Assembly: GCF_047605465.1 (NCBI RefSeq)
Contig: NZ_JASGFS010000012.1
Span: 22,214 to 86,213, forward strand
Length of the DNA stretch: 64,000 nucleotides
Reading direction: 5' to 3'
Origin: Bradyrhizobium sp.
Lineage (GTDB): Bacteria; Pseudomonadota; Alphaproteobacteria; Rhizobiales; Xanthobacteraceae
The position numbers and the translations under genes were made by a program. The notes below the pieces were generated by a model. That model was given only the letters and a program-made list of their open reading frames with translations. It did not search any database and was not told where the DNA came from. Shown here one piece after another: positions 27,671 to 36,892 of the stretch (position 1 is the first letter of the stretch; each line of letters opens with the position of its first letter).

Positions 27671-29268
27671 GTGCCGCGGCAGTTCAGGCTGCTCCTCCCG
27701 CGACCGCGAGCGGCACCGCAGTCAATCCTTGGCTGATCGCCATCCTCGTCGCGCTCGCCAGCTTCATGGAGGTGCTCGACACCACCATCGCCAACGTTGC
27801 GCTGCCCTACATCGCCGGCGGCATGGGGGTGAGCGAGGACGAAGCGTCCTGGGTCGTCACCACCTACCTCGTTTCCAATGCCATCATCCTGACCGCCTCC
27901 AGCTTCCTCGCCCGGATGCTCGGCCGCAAGAGATTCTTTCTGATCTGTCTCGGCGCTTTCACTCTGAGTTCGCTGCTGTGTGGTCTCGCTCCCAACCTGA
28001 ATGCGCTGCTGCTGTGCCGCATGCTCCAGGGCTTCGGCGGTGGCGGCATGGTGCCGGTGGCACAGTCGATCCTCGCCGATGCATTTCCTCCGGCAAAGCG
28101 TGGCCAGGCCTTTGCCGTGTTCGGCGTTGCGGTCGTGGTGGCCCCGGTGGTCGGGCCGACCCTCGGCGGCTGGCTATCGGACAACGTCTCCTGGCAGGCG
28201 TGCTTCCTGATCAACGTGCCGGTCGGCATCATCGCGACGGCGCTGATCGCCCTGGTCCTGCGGGACCCTCCCGCTGTGCACGCGCAGGCACGTCAGCAGC
28301 AAGGCTACGGATTCGACGTGGTCGGGTTCGTGCTGGTCGCGACCTTCCTCGGTGCCCTCGAGGTCGTGCTGGATCGCGGCCTGGAAGACGACTGGTTCGG
28401 TTCGTCCTTCATCGTAACGTTCACGGTCATCTGCGTTCTGGCATTCGCATTGATGATTCCGTGGGAGCTGAGCCGCCGCAATCCGATGATCGATCTGCGC
28501 ATGGTGGCGACGCGCCAGTTCGGCGCCTGCTTCCTGGTCATGCTCGCGACCGGCGCGATCCTGCTCGCGACGACGCAGTTCCTGCCCCAATTGGTGCAGC
28601 AGGATTTCGGCTATACCGCCACCTGGGCCGGTCTGGTGCTCTCGCCCGGCGGCGTTGTCACCATGATGATGATGTTCGTGGTCGGCCGCGCGGCAGCGAA
28701 GGTGCAGCCCAAATATCTGATCGCGTTCGGCGCAGTGGCTTGCGCGGTTTCCATGTATACGATGACGAACGTCTATGCCGATCTCGGCTTCTGGTTCATG
28801 GCACGCTCGCGCATGATCCTCGGCGTCGGACTGCCGTTCATCTTCGTTCCGATCATGGCTGCGTCCTATGACGGCATCGATCCTTCCAAAACCGACCAGG
28901 CATCGGCGTTGATCAATGCGGCGCGCAATACCGGCGGCTCGATCGGTGTCTCGGTGGTGTCCAACATCCTGACCCATCGCGAGCAGTTTCACCAGAGCCG
29001 GCTCGTCGAGCAGGTGCTTCCGTCCAGCCCGCAATACCAGGACACGCTGCAGCAGATCACGAGCTTCTTCGCCAGCCATGGCAGCTCGCTGGGGCAGGCG
29101 CGCGAGCAGGCGATCCAGTGGATCGGCCAGCAAGTCCAGGCACAGGCGTCCTATCTCGCTTATTCGGACGCCTTCTGGGTGTTGATGCTGATCTCGCTTT
29201 CGGCCGTCCCGCTCGCGATGATGCTGCGGACGGTGAAGCTCGGCGGTAACGTTCCCGTCGGTCACTGA
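27667..29268 (+). CDS. MFS drug:H+ antiporter, DHA2 (EmrB/QacA, 14-TMS) family
   Basis: FMEVLDTTIANVALPYIAGGMGVS and RMLGRKRFFLICLGAFTLSSLLCGLAPN are typical DHA2 motifs. The start overlaps the adaptor stop. Confidence 0.9.
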   Translation: MSAAAVQAAPPATASGTAVNPWLIAILVALASFMEVLDTTIANVALPYIAGGMGVSEDEASWVVTTYLVSNAIILTASSFLARMLGRKRFFLICLGAFTLSSLLCGLAPNLNALLLCRMLQGFGGGGMVPVAQSILADAFPPAKRGQAFAVFGVAVVVAPVVGPTLGGWLSDNVSWQACFLINVPVGIIATALIALVLRDPPAVHAQARQQQGYGFDVVGFVLVATFLGALEVVLDRGLEDDWFGSSFIVTFTVICVLAFALMIPWELSRRNPMIDLRMVATRQFGACFLVMLATGAILLATTQFLPQLVQQDFGYTATWAGLVLSPGGVVTMMMMFVVGRAAAKVQPKYLIAFGAVACAVSMYTMTNVYADLGFWFMARSRMILGVGLPFIFVPIMAASYDGIDPSKTDQASALINAARNTGGSIGVSVVSNILTHREQFHQSRLVEQVLPSSPQYQDTLQQITSFFASHGSSLGQAREQAIQWIGQQVQAQASYLAYSDAFWVLMLISLSAVPLAMMLRTVKLGGNVPVGH

Positions 29269-29305
29269 CGATGCGGCAGTTGCGCGGTGCGTCGTAACTC
29301 ACTGT

Positions 29306-29334
29306 CTTTGCGGCTCGGTGTACGAGCCGCAAAG
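29306..29334. terminator. Bidirectional hairpin terminator candidate between convergent operons
   Basis: ctttgcggctcg-gtgta-cgagccgcaaag has a perfect 12-bp stem and a 5-nt loop. It is flanked by tgt/ggttt and lies between the emrB-like stop (29268) and the permease stop (29368). Confidence 0.65.
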
Positions 29335-29367
29335 GGTTTCCGGGAAGTGCAGGGCGCGCGAGAGGGA

Positions 29368-30192
29368 CTATGCCTTGACGGCGCCGGCCGTCATGCCGTC
29401 GATGAAGCGCCGTTGCAGCAACACGAAGACAACGACGACCGGCAGGACGATGATCACAGCTGCCGCCAGCATCTCGCCCCAATCCGTGGAATATTGCCCG
29501 GTCAGGCTATAGAATTTCACGATGGCTGTGACGTTGTCGTTGTTCTGCAGGAACGTGACCGCGATGACGAACTCGTTCCAGGCATTGAGACCGACGATGA
29601 TGGCGACCGTCAGAAGTCCCGGCCGCATCATCGGCAGGATGACGTAATAGAATTTCTGCCAGGCGGTCGCCCCATCGACCTCCGAGGCTTCCTCCAGCGC
29701 ATAGGGGATCGAGAGAACATAGGTGCGCAGCAGGAAGATCGCGAACGGCGAGAACATCGCCGTGTAGATCAGCGCCACGGCCGGGATCGAATTGACGAGA
29801 CCGAGCTTGGCGAAGATGAAATACAGGGGATAGAGATAGAGCTGTACCGGAACGGTGATCGTCGCCATCAGGTAGAAGGTCACGAAGCGCCAGCCGCGCC
29901 CCTTCTGGCGGGCAAGCACGTAGGCGCATGGCGCGGCCGTGAGGCACACGAGGATGACGGTGAGGCCCGCCACCTCGATGCTGTGCAGCAGGCTCGGGCC
30001 GAGCGCGGCATTCTTCCAGGCGGCCGAGAAGTTCTCCCAATGCATCTGGACGGGCGGCGCCAGCGGATTGGTGCTGATCTCGACCGTGGTCTTCAGCGCA
30101 TTCATCACCGTGAGCGCGATCGGCAGCAGCGAGGCGAATGACGCCACTCCGATCAGGATCAGGCAGAGTGTCCGGTTCAGGCGGCTTTCCAT
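29368..30192 (-). CDS. Carbohydrate ABC transporter permease (CUT1, MalG/UgpE-like)
   Basis: Starts MESRLNRTLCLILIGVASFASLLPIALTVMNALKT. It carries an EAA-loop region (LEEASEVDGATAWQKFYYVILPMMRPG). ATG 30192 overlaps the upstream permease stop (ATGA). The rest of the listed 484-aa ORF is an artefact. Confidence 0.9.
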   Translation of the reverse strand: MESRLNRTLCLILIGVASFASLLPIALTVMNALKTTVEISTNPLAPPVQMHWENFSAAWKNAALGPSLLHSIEVAGLTVILVCLTAAPCAYVLARQKGRGWRFVTFYLMATITVPVQLYLYPLYFIFAKLGLVNSIPAVALIYTAMFSPFAIFLLRTYVLSIPYALEEASEVDGATAWQKFYYVILPMMRPGLLTVAIIVGLNAWNEFVIAVTFLQNNDNVTAIVKFYSLTGQYSTDWGEMLAAAVIIVLPVVVVFVLLQRRFIDGMTAGAVKA

Positions 30193-31040
30193 CACGCGGC
30201 CTTGGCGCCATCGCGCGTTTGCAGCCACAGATACACCGCCGTCGCGCACAGGCCGAACAGGCTCATCACGCACGCCGCCGCCGTCGCCTTGCCGACATCG
30301 CCGTTGAAGAAGGCGTTGCGATAGGCCAGCGTCGCGAGCACCTCGCTGCCATAGGCCGGGCCGCCCTGGGTCACGATGTAGATGAACTCGAAGACCTGGA
30401 ATGACCAGATCACGGTGAGGATCATCATCAGCAGCAGCGTCGGCTGGATTCCCGGCAGCAGGACATAGCGCAGCAGGGCGAAGAAACCGGCGCCGTCGAG
30501 ACGGGCCGCCTCGATCTGGTCGACGCTGATCTGCCGCATGGCCGCGAAGAACACCACCGCGAGAAATCCCCACCAATGCCAGATGTCGACCGCGGCGACG
30601 GCATAGAGCGACCGGTCCGGGTCGGCGAGCGGGTCCGAGATCGAGAATCCGAGACCGTTGAGCCAGCCGAGCAGCCCGGTCGTGGGGCTGAAGATCATGC
30701 CCTGGAAGATGCGTCCCGTGATCGCGGCAGCGAGAATTCGCGGCAGGAAAATGATCGATTGGACCACGATACGCGACTTGGGGGCCATCATCAGCGCCGC
30801 AGCCATGACCAGGGCGAGGCACATCGGGACGATCAGGAAGATGGCCGTCCAGATGAAGTTATTGGTCAGCGCGGTCCAGAATACGGGATCCTCGAACAGG
30901 CCCTGGAAGTTGGCGAGGCCTGCCCACACCGGCGTGCCGACGCCGTCCCAGAAGAAGAACGCCGCCGCGAGCGTGAGCAGAGCCGGAATGAGGATGATGC
31001 AAACGTTGATGAGGAGCGCGGGAAGCGCAAACAGCCACAT
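30192..31040 (-). CDS. Carbohydrate ABC transporter permease (CUT1, MalF/UgpA-like)
   Basis: Polytopic, with EAA loop IEAARLDGAGFFALLRYVLLPGIQPT. Confidence 0.9.
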   Translation of the reverse strand: MWLFALPALLINVCIILIPALLTLAAAFFFWDGVGTPVWAGLANFQGLFEDPVFWTALTNNFIWTAIFLIVPMCLALVMAAALMMAPKSRIVVQSIIFLPRILAAAITGRIFQGMIFSPTTGLLGWLNGLGFSISDPLADPDRSLYAVAAVDIWHWWGFLAVVFFAAMRQISVDQIEAARLDGAGFFALLRYVLLPGIQPTLLLMMILTVIWSFQVFEFIYIVTQGGPAYGSEVLATLAYRNAFFNGDVGKATAAACVMSLFGLCATAVYLWLQTRDGAKAA

Positions 31041-31049
31041 CAGTTCATC

Positions 31050-32393
31050 TCAAGCCGTGCGGGGAGGGAGCGGCGGCACTTTGCCTTCCTTCAATTCCTG
31101 GGCGAATACGGTCTGCAGGCGGCTGAGGAACGCCTCGGTGGTGATCCGGTTCAGCCAGACCTGCTCGGTGCCTTCGATGATGTAGCTGTTGGCCGCGTTC
31201 GGCCAGAACGTCCAGGTCGTGAAGCCGAACCGGCCCGACGCGAAGGCTTCTTGCAGCCCCGCAATGGTCTTCTCGAACAGCGGATAGCCGATTCCCTTGA
31301 GCAGGTCGGGCGGCAGATCCTTCACCGGCAGCGCCCATTTGCCCGGCCAGTCGCGGTTCATCGTCTCGTAGAATTTCCGCGACAGCATGAATTCGAACAC
31401 CGCCGCCGCGCCTTCGGCGTTCTGCGAATTCTTCGCGATCGACAGCGTCGCGCCGCATGCGAGGTGCACGAGCGGCGCGGTCACCAGATCACTCAGGCCA
31501 GGGATCGGAGCCACGTCCATCACGGTGTCCGGCTTGGACATGCCGTAGGACTTGGTGCCGAAGGCCCAGGTGCCGCCGAAGGCCATGGCGGCCTTGCCGT
31601 TGACGACCTGCAGGAAGCTCTGCTCGATGGTGAGCGAGAAATAGTTCTTTCCGAAGTAGCCCTTGTTGTACCACGACTTGGCGAGCTCGACCGCTTCTAC
31701 GAAGGGCGGTGCGGTCCACGGCAACTCGCCGCTGAGTGCCTTGCGGACGTTGTCCGGTCCCGCGACGTTGTTGAAGAACACCGTCATCAGCCATTCATTC
31801 ACGCCCTTCCAGTCGGCATTGCCGGCGCCGAAGGGAACGATGCCCTTGGCGAGGGCGGCATCGGCGAGTTGCTCGAATTCCGCACGGTTGGTCGGCAGCT
31901 TCCAACCGTTCTGGCTCAACAGCTCCTTGTTGTAGAACAGGTGCATGGATTCGTAGTCGCGCGGCAGCGCGTACAGCTTGTCGTCGAACACGCCGGTGTT
32001 GAGAAGCGCAGGCAGGAAGCGCTCTTTCCACTTGTACTTGGCCGCGAAATCGTCGAGCGGCAACACCTGGCCGGCCTTGGCGATGGCCGTGAGATAGGAG
32101 GGGCCCGAGGTCTGCACGATGTCGGGGCCGTTGCCGGCGAGCAGCGCGACCTTCAGGAGGTTGTTGACCGCAGCGCCCTTGACCTCGAGCTGCAGCAGAT
32201 ATTTGTCCTGCGATGCGTTGAACGCGTCGACGAGATTGTTGCGCAGCGCGGCCTGGCCGTCGGAATTGGCTTGAGCGAACCAGAAGGTGACGACCTTGCG
32301 TCCGTCCTGCGCCATGGCGGGACCACGCGGCAGGCTCGCTGCAACGGCGGCGGCTGGAATGGCAGCAACGATCTGGCGACGGGTTACGGACAT
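31050..32393 (-). CDS. Extracellular solute-binding protein family 1 (sugar ABC substrate-binding protein)
   Basis: Signal peptide MSVTRRQIVAAIPAAAVAASLPRGPAMAQ followed by VVTFWFAQANSDGQ..., the size and composition of CUT1 binding proteins. It is first in a 3-gene operon that lacks an ATPase. Confidence 0.85.
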   Translation of the reverse strand: MSVTRRQIVAAIPAAAVAASLPRGPAMAQDGRKVVTFWFAQANSDGQAALRNNLVDAFNASQDKYLLQLEVKGAAVNNLLKVALLAGNGPDIVQTSGPSYLTAIAKAGQVLPLDDFAAKYKWKERFLPALLNTGVFDDKLYALPRDYESMHLFYNKELLSQNGWKLPTNRAEFEQLADAALAKGIVPFGAGNADWKGVNEWLMTVFFNNVAGPDNVRKALSGELPWTAPPFVEAVELAKSWYNKGYFGKNYFSLTIEQSFLQVVNGKAAMAFGGTWAFGTKSYGMSKPDTVMDVAPIPGLSDLVTAPLVHLACGATLSIAKNSQNAEGAAAVFEFMLSRKFYETMNRDWPGKWALPVKDLPPDLLKGIGYPLFEKTIAGLQEAFASGRFGFTTWTFWPNAANSYIIEGTEQVWLNRITTEAFLSRLQTVFAQELKEGKVPPLPPRTA

Positions 32394-32449
32394 GGCGGCG
32401 CTTTCTCTTCCCTGGAAACGGTTGGATCATGGCGGTTGATATTGTTTTG

Positions 32450-32463
32450 GTAATACGTATAAC
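32450..32463. promoter_or_regulatory. LacI-type operator candidate (GTAATACGTATAAC, 12/14 palindromic, central CG)
   Basis: It lies in the 78-bp divergent region between the sugar-binding-protein gene and the LacI gene, in an AT-rich patch. Confidence 0.35.
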
Positions 32464-32471
32464 TAACGCAT

Positions 32472-33524
32472 ATGAAGACGTCAACACGGATGCCGCGACG
32501 CGGCGCGGGCAGCGAGCGCGCAGGCTCGCGGCCGACCCAGAAGGACATCGCGCTCGCCGCCGGTGTCTCGCAGGCCGCCGTGTCGCTGGTGCTCAACAAG
32601 TCGGAAACGCCGTCGGTTCCTGAGGCGACGCGGGCGCGCATCCTCAAGCTCGCGGGCGAGATGGGCTATCAGCCGCATCATCCGGCGCGAATGTTGCGCC
32701 GCGCCCGAACCATGGCGATCGCCTGCGTCGTGCCCGACATCACCAACCCGTTCTATCCCGGCCTCGTCAGAGGCGTGCAATCGGTCGCGGCGCCTGCCGG
32801 TTACGACGTCCTGATGTTCGATACGGACGGACGGGAGGACGGCGAGGCCCGCGCGCTGAACTGGTTGCTTCAGGGGCGCGCGGACGGCGTGGTCGGCACG
32901 TTCTTCCACTTGCGCGTGCCGGAATTGGCTGCGCTTGCGCGGCAGAGCGTTCCGATCGTGCGGCTGGAGAGCCGGCACAAGGCCGGCGGCGACGTGCCGG
33001 TCGACAGCGTCTACATCGACAATGCCGAGGCATCGGCGGCGATGACACGCTACCTGATCGAACGCGGCCATCGGAGGATCAGCATGATTCTCGCGCAGGT
33101 GGGCCCGAGCCGTCAGCGCGAACTGGGATACGCCGCGGTGATGAAGGACGCCGGGCTCACGGTCGATGTGGTCACGGACAGCCGCTATTCGGAAGAGTCG
33201 GGCGCGCGCGCGATGACCGAGATTCTGGCGCGGGGACGCAGCCGGCCGACCGCCGTGTTCGGCGCCAACGACATGCTCGCGGTCGGCGCGATGGTCTGCG
33301 CGCGGAGCGCGGGCCTGTCCGTGCCCGGGGACGTCGCGATCGCGGGATTTGACGACATTCCCGCGGCGAAGCTGCTTGGCCTGACCACGGTTCGCCAGCC
33401 GGAGTTCGACCTCGGCGCGCTCGCGGCGCGCACATTGGTGGGCCGCCTGCAGCCGGGCGGCCTGAAGCCGCTCGGGCAGAGTCTCGAGCTGAAGTTTGAA
33501 ATCATGAAACGTTCGTCGGCCTGA
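32472..33524 (+). CDS. LacI family transcriptional regulator
   Basis: HTH PTQKDIALAAGVSQAAVSLVLNKSE...PEATRARILKLAGEMGYQPHHPARMLR plus a sugar-binding core (IAGFDDIPAA). Confidence 0.9.
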   Translation: MKTSTRMPRRGAGSERAGSRPTQKDIALAAGVSQAAVSLVLNKSETPSVPEATRARILKLAGEMGYQPHHPARMLRRARTMAIACVVPDITNPFYPGLVRGVQSVAAPAGYDVLMFDTDGREDGEARALNWLLQGRADGVVGTFFHLRVPELAALARQSVPIVRLESRHKAGGDVPVDSVYIDNAEASAAMTRYLIERGHRRISMILAQVGPSRQRELGYAAVMKDAGLTVDVVTDSRYSEESGARAMTEILARGRSRPTAVFGANDMLAVGAMVCARSAGLSVPGDVAIAGFDDIPAAKLLGLTTVRQPEFDLGALAARTLVGRLQPGGLKPLGQSLELKFEIMKRSSA

Positions 33525-33549
33525 TGCCGGCGGATCAAGGGAGCAACGC

Positions 33550-35700
33550 GTGCCTGCGATACCAAATGACTATGCCGAACGCGTCTATGCGGGTGTGCTC
33601 GGTAAACTGATCGGCGTCTATCTCGGGCGTCCGTTCGAGGGCTGGACCTATGAGCGGATCATGCAGGAGCTGGGTCCGATCAATTTCTACGTCAACGAGC
33701 GTCGCGACGTGGCGTTGCGTTCGCACCATCTCATCGTCACCGACGACGATGTGTCCGGCACCTTCGCTTTTCCACGGGCGCTGGCCGATTGCGGCTTTCC
33801 GGAACGGTTGACCTCTCGGCAGATCGGGAACGGCTGGCTCAACTACATCGTCGAGGACCGTTCGGTCCTGTGGTGGGGAGGGATGGGCAACTCGACCGAG
33901 CACACCGCCTATCTCAGGCTCAAGTCCGGCATTCCGGCGCCGCAGAGCGGTTCGATCGAACTGAACGGCAAGACCGTGGCCGAACAGATCGGCGCGCAGA
34001 TCTTCATCGATGGCTGGGCGATGGTGAGCCCGGGGGATCCGGAGCGGGCGGCCTATCTCGCCGACCAGGCAGGCCGCGTCAGCCATGACGGCGAATCCGT
34101 TCACGCCGCCAAATTGCTGGCGGCGATGGAAGCGCAAGCCTTCGTCGAGGGGGATGTCCAGCGGCTCCTGGATGTCGGCCTTGCATTCGTTCCCGCCGAC
34201 AGCCTGATTCGTCGGGTGGTGCAGGACGTGCGCGACTGGCATGCAGGCGACAACAGCCATGATTGGGAACGTACGCGCGCGCTGATCGCCGACCGCTACG
34301 GCTACGACAAGTTCAAGGGCAATTGCCACGTCATTCCCAATCACGCCCTGATCGTGCTGGCCACACTCTATGGCGGGGACAGTTTCCAGACCGCGATGAG
34401 GATCGCCAACACGGCCGGCTGGGACACCGACTGCAACGCGGGCAATGTCGGATGTCTGTTCGGGATCCGGACCGGGCTCGCGGGCATCGACGGCGGGCCG
34501 GACTTCCGCACGCCGATCGCGGACCGCATGTATATCTCCACGGCGGATGGAGGCGGATCGATCACCGATGCCGTGATCGAGGCGAACGCGTTGATCAAGG
34601 CCGGCTATGCGCTGGCCCGAACGGAGCCGCCGGCGCCCGCCAAGAACGGTGCGCGTTTCAGTTTCGAGTTTCCCGGCAGCTTGCAGGGCTTCTGCGTCAA
34701 GTCCGATGCGCCGGCGCATTTGCATCAGGTCGAGATCGGCAATGTGGAAGGGCACAGCCGCGACGGGCAGCGCAGCCTGGCCATCGGCTTTCGGCGTCTG
34801 GCGCCGGGCCGGGTGGCGCGCGTCGCGACACCGACGTTCTTCGACAAGGACGTTTTCACGATGCCGATCTACCAGCTCCTCGCTTGTCCGACGCTGCATT
34901 CCGGACAAGTGGTCGAGGGCAGGGTGGAGGCCGGCGACGGCGTGAATGACGTCACGGTGCGGCTCTATGCGAGCGTCTATGACGAGCAGGATCAGCTCAG
35001 GCAGATCTATGGCGAGCCGCGGCAATTGGAGGGAGGCCGCGAGGCGATCCTGAGTTGGCGGCTTCCCGATACGAGCGGATACCCGATCTTCGAGATCGGG
35101 CTCGAGCTCGAGGCGCAGCAGCCATTCGGAACCGACGGCACGGTCTATCTGGATTATCTCACCTGGTCCGGCGCGCCGGAGACCAGGCTTTACCGGCCGG
35201 ACAACAATCTGAGCTCGATGTGGAAGCACGCCTGGGTGAACAACGTCAGTCAGTTCCAGACGCGCTGGGAAGGCCTGCGCGTGACCAACGGCGAGGGCAT
35301 CGGCTCGATTTCCCAGGGATCGCGTGACTGGTGCGACTATTCCGTCAAGTCGGAGATCACGCCGCTGATCGCAAAGGCGTGGGGGCTCGCTGCGCGCGTG
35401 CAGGGACGCGAGCGCTACTATGCGCTGATGTTCGACGATGCCGACGGCGGCCACGTCAAGCTGATCAAGCGCGATCACGACGAGACCATCCTGGCCCAGG
35501 AACGGTTTGTCTGGAATCTCGACCGGCCTTACGCGGTGGAGTTGCGCCTGCAGGATACGCAGATCCGCGCCTTCGTCGACGGCAGGGAGGTGTTTTCGGT
35601 GCGCGACGACGACAAGCTGCGGCTACGCGGCGGCGCCGCCGGACTCGTCGTCGATACCGGATCGATCTCGTCGCAGGCAGTCCATATCTCTCCGCTCTGA
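33550..35700 (+). CDS. ADP-ribosylglycohydrolase (ARH/DraG)-fold domain fused to C-terminal beta-sandwich modules (ConA-like lectin/glucanase or DUF1080-like)
   Basis: The N-terminal ~350 aa carry ARH motifs: GVLGKLIGVYLGRPFEGW (Lys where Asp is usual), LIVTDDDVSGT, NTAGWDTDCNAGNVGCLFG. The C-terminal ~360 aa are beta-rich and end ...WGLAARVQGRERYYALMFDDADGGHVKLIK...YAVELRLQDTQIRAFVDGREVFSVRDD...GGAAGLVVDTGSI, typical of LamG/DUF1080-type jelly rolls. Confidence 0.75.
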   Translation: MPAIPNDYAERVYAGVLGKLIGVYLGRPFEGWTYERIMQELGPINFYVNERRDVALRSHHLIVTDDDVSGTFAFPRALADCGFPERLTSRQIGNGWLNYIVEDRSVLWWGGMGNSTEHTAYLRLKSGIPAPQSGSIELNGKTVAEQIGAQIFIDGWAMVSPGDPERAAYLADQAGRVSHDGESVHAAKLLAAMEAQAFVEGDVQRLLDVGLAFVPADSLIRRVVQDVRDWHAGDNSHDWERTRALIADRYGYDKFKGNCHVIPNHALIVLATLYGGDSFQTAMRIANTAGWDTDCNAGNVGCLFGIRTGLAGIDGGPDFRTPIADRMYISTADGGGSITDAVIEANALIKAGYALARTEPPAPAKNGARFSFEFPGSLQGFCVKSDAPAHLHQVEIGNVEGHSRDGQRSLAIGFRRLAPGRVARVATPTFFDKDVFTMPIYQLLACPTLHSGQVVEGRVEAGDGVNDVTVRLYASVYDEQDQLRQIYGEPRQLEGGREAILSWRLPDTSGYPIFEIGLELEAQQPFGTDGTVYLDYLTWSGAPETRLYRPDNNLSSMWKHAWVNNVSQFQTRWEGLRVTNGEGIGSISQGSRDWCDYSVKSEITPLIAKAWGLAARVQGRERYYALMFDDADGGHVKLIKRDHDETILAQERFVWNLDRPYAVELRLQDTQIRAFVDGREVFSVRDDDKLRLRGGAAGLVVDTGSISSQAVHISPL

Positions 35701-35709
35701 GGACGCAAC

Positions 35710-36729
35710 ATGCTGGAGATCCCTTCGAACCGCTTCGAGGCCCATGTTCTGGCGTGCCTCGTGTTCGGCGTGATCGGCGATGCCATGGGGACGCCCACGG
35801 AGAATCTCGAACCGGCCGAGATCGAGCGCCGCTTCGGCTGGGTGGACCGGTTCGAAGGCGATGGGACCGACGACACGATCATGCGCGATCTGATCGCTGC
35901 CGCGCTAATCAGGACCGGAGGCTATGCGGACGCGGATCATTGGGCCGAGGAGTGGCTTGCGCAGTACCAGATGATCTTCGGCGGCAAGGTGGGGCGCTTC
36001 TTCCCATCGGTTCTGCACGCAGCCGCCAAGCTTCGCCACGGATATCCGCCGCGCACGATCGCGGTGGGCACCATGCCGAGCTCGAGTTCGGCGATGGCGA
36101 TCGCGCCGGTCGGAATCGTCAATGCCGGCAACCCGCGCGCCGCCGCCGCACAGGCCATGGAGATCGCGAGCCTGATCCACGTGGCGGATGTCGGGTTCTG
36201 CCAGGATGGCGCCGCCGCCATTGCGGCCGCCGTAGCCGAAGCGCTGGTGCCGGGCGCAACGGTGGCATCGGTCCTGCAGGCCTCGACCGCGCATCTGAAG
36301 CCGAAGAGCGGCGAGGAAATGCGGTCGCTGATCGTCACTGCGCTGGAACTTGCGGATGAGGCCGGCGACTACAAGACATTCCGTGACCGCTACCACGCCA
36401 GGTTTCGGCAACGGATCGCCTGCGACAGCCGTGAAACGGTGCCTGCGTCCCTCGCGATCGTCCATCTGTCCCGCGGCGACCCGGCGCTGGCCGCCGGCTA
36501 TGGCGCGAATTTCGGGCGCGATGCGGACACGGTTGCGTGCATGGCCGCCGCCGTCTGCGGGGCGCTCAGCGGCATTTCCGCTGGGAATGCCGAACTGATC
36601 GAAGCCTTGCCGGTCGATGCGCAGCGCGCCCAGGTCGACCTTGCATCGCGGCTGGTGATCGTGACGCGTGCCAAGGTGGAAAGCGAACTGAAGGCGATAG
36701 CGCGCTGCCCGGTCGGCGTATCGGCCTGA
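35710..36729 (+). CDS. ADP-ribosylglycohydrolase family protein (canonical metal-site motifs)
   Basis: CLVFGVIGDAMGTPTE, GDGTDDTIM, and ANFGRDADTVACMAAAVCGALSG form the complete ARH/DraG-type binuclear-metal signature. It starts 9 nt after the previous stop. Confidence 0.85.
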   Translation: MLEIPSNRFEAHVLACLVFGVIGDAMGTPTENLEPAEIERRFGWVDRFEGDGTDDTIMRDLIAAALIRTGGYADADHWAEEWLAQYQMIFGGKVGRFFPSVLHAAAKLRHGYPPRTIAVGTMPSSSSAMAIAPVGIVNAGNPRAAAAQAMEIASLIHVADVGFCQDGAAAIAAAVAEALVPGATVASVLQASTAHLKPKSGEEMRSLIVTALELADEAGDYKTFRDRYHARFRQRIACDSRETVPASLAIVHLSRGDPALAAGYGANFGRDADTVACMAAAVCGALSGISAGNAELIEALPVDAQRAQVDLASRLVIVTRAKVESELKAIARCPVGVSA

Positions 36730-36731
36730 TC

Positions 36732-36759
36732 GAGATGGCGCCGAATGCGCGCCCATCTC
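36732..36759 (+). other. Imperfect hairpin directly after the second ARH gene (attenuator/terminator candidate)
   Basis: gagatggcgc...gcgcgcccatctc forms about 10 bp of stem with one bulged C and a 5-7 nt loop, with no T-tract. It lies in the 163-bp gap before the TIM-barrel gene. Confidence 0.3.
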
Positions 36760-36892
36760 CGGAATGAAGCGTTGCAGCGAGCGAAGCTCCAGGCCCGATT
36801 GCGAGCGGGCATCTGCCGGTTATCCTGAAGATCGCCACGACGTGCGCCGGTGGTGCGGCGGTTGAGCGATCCGTCGTGCCGGGATATAGGAA

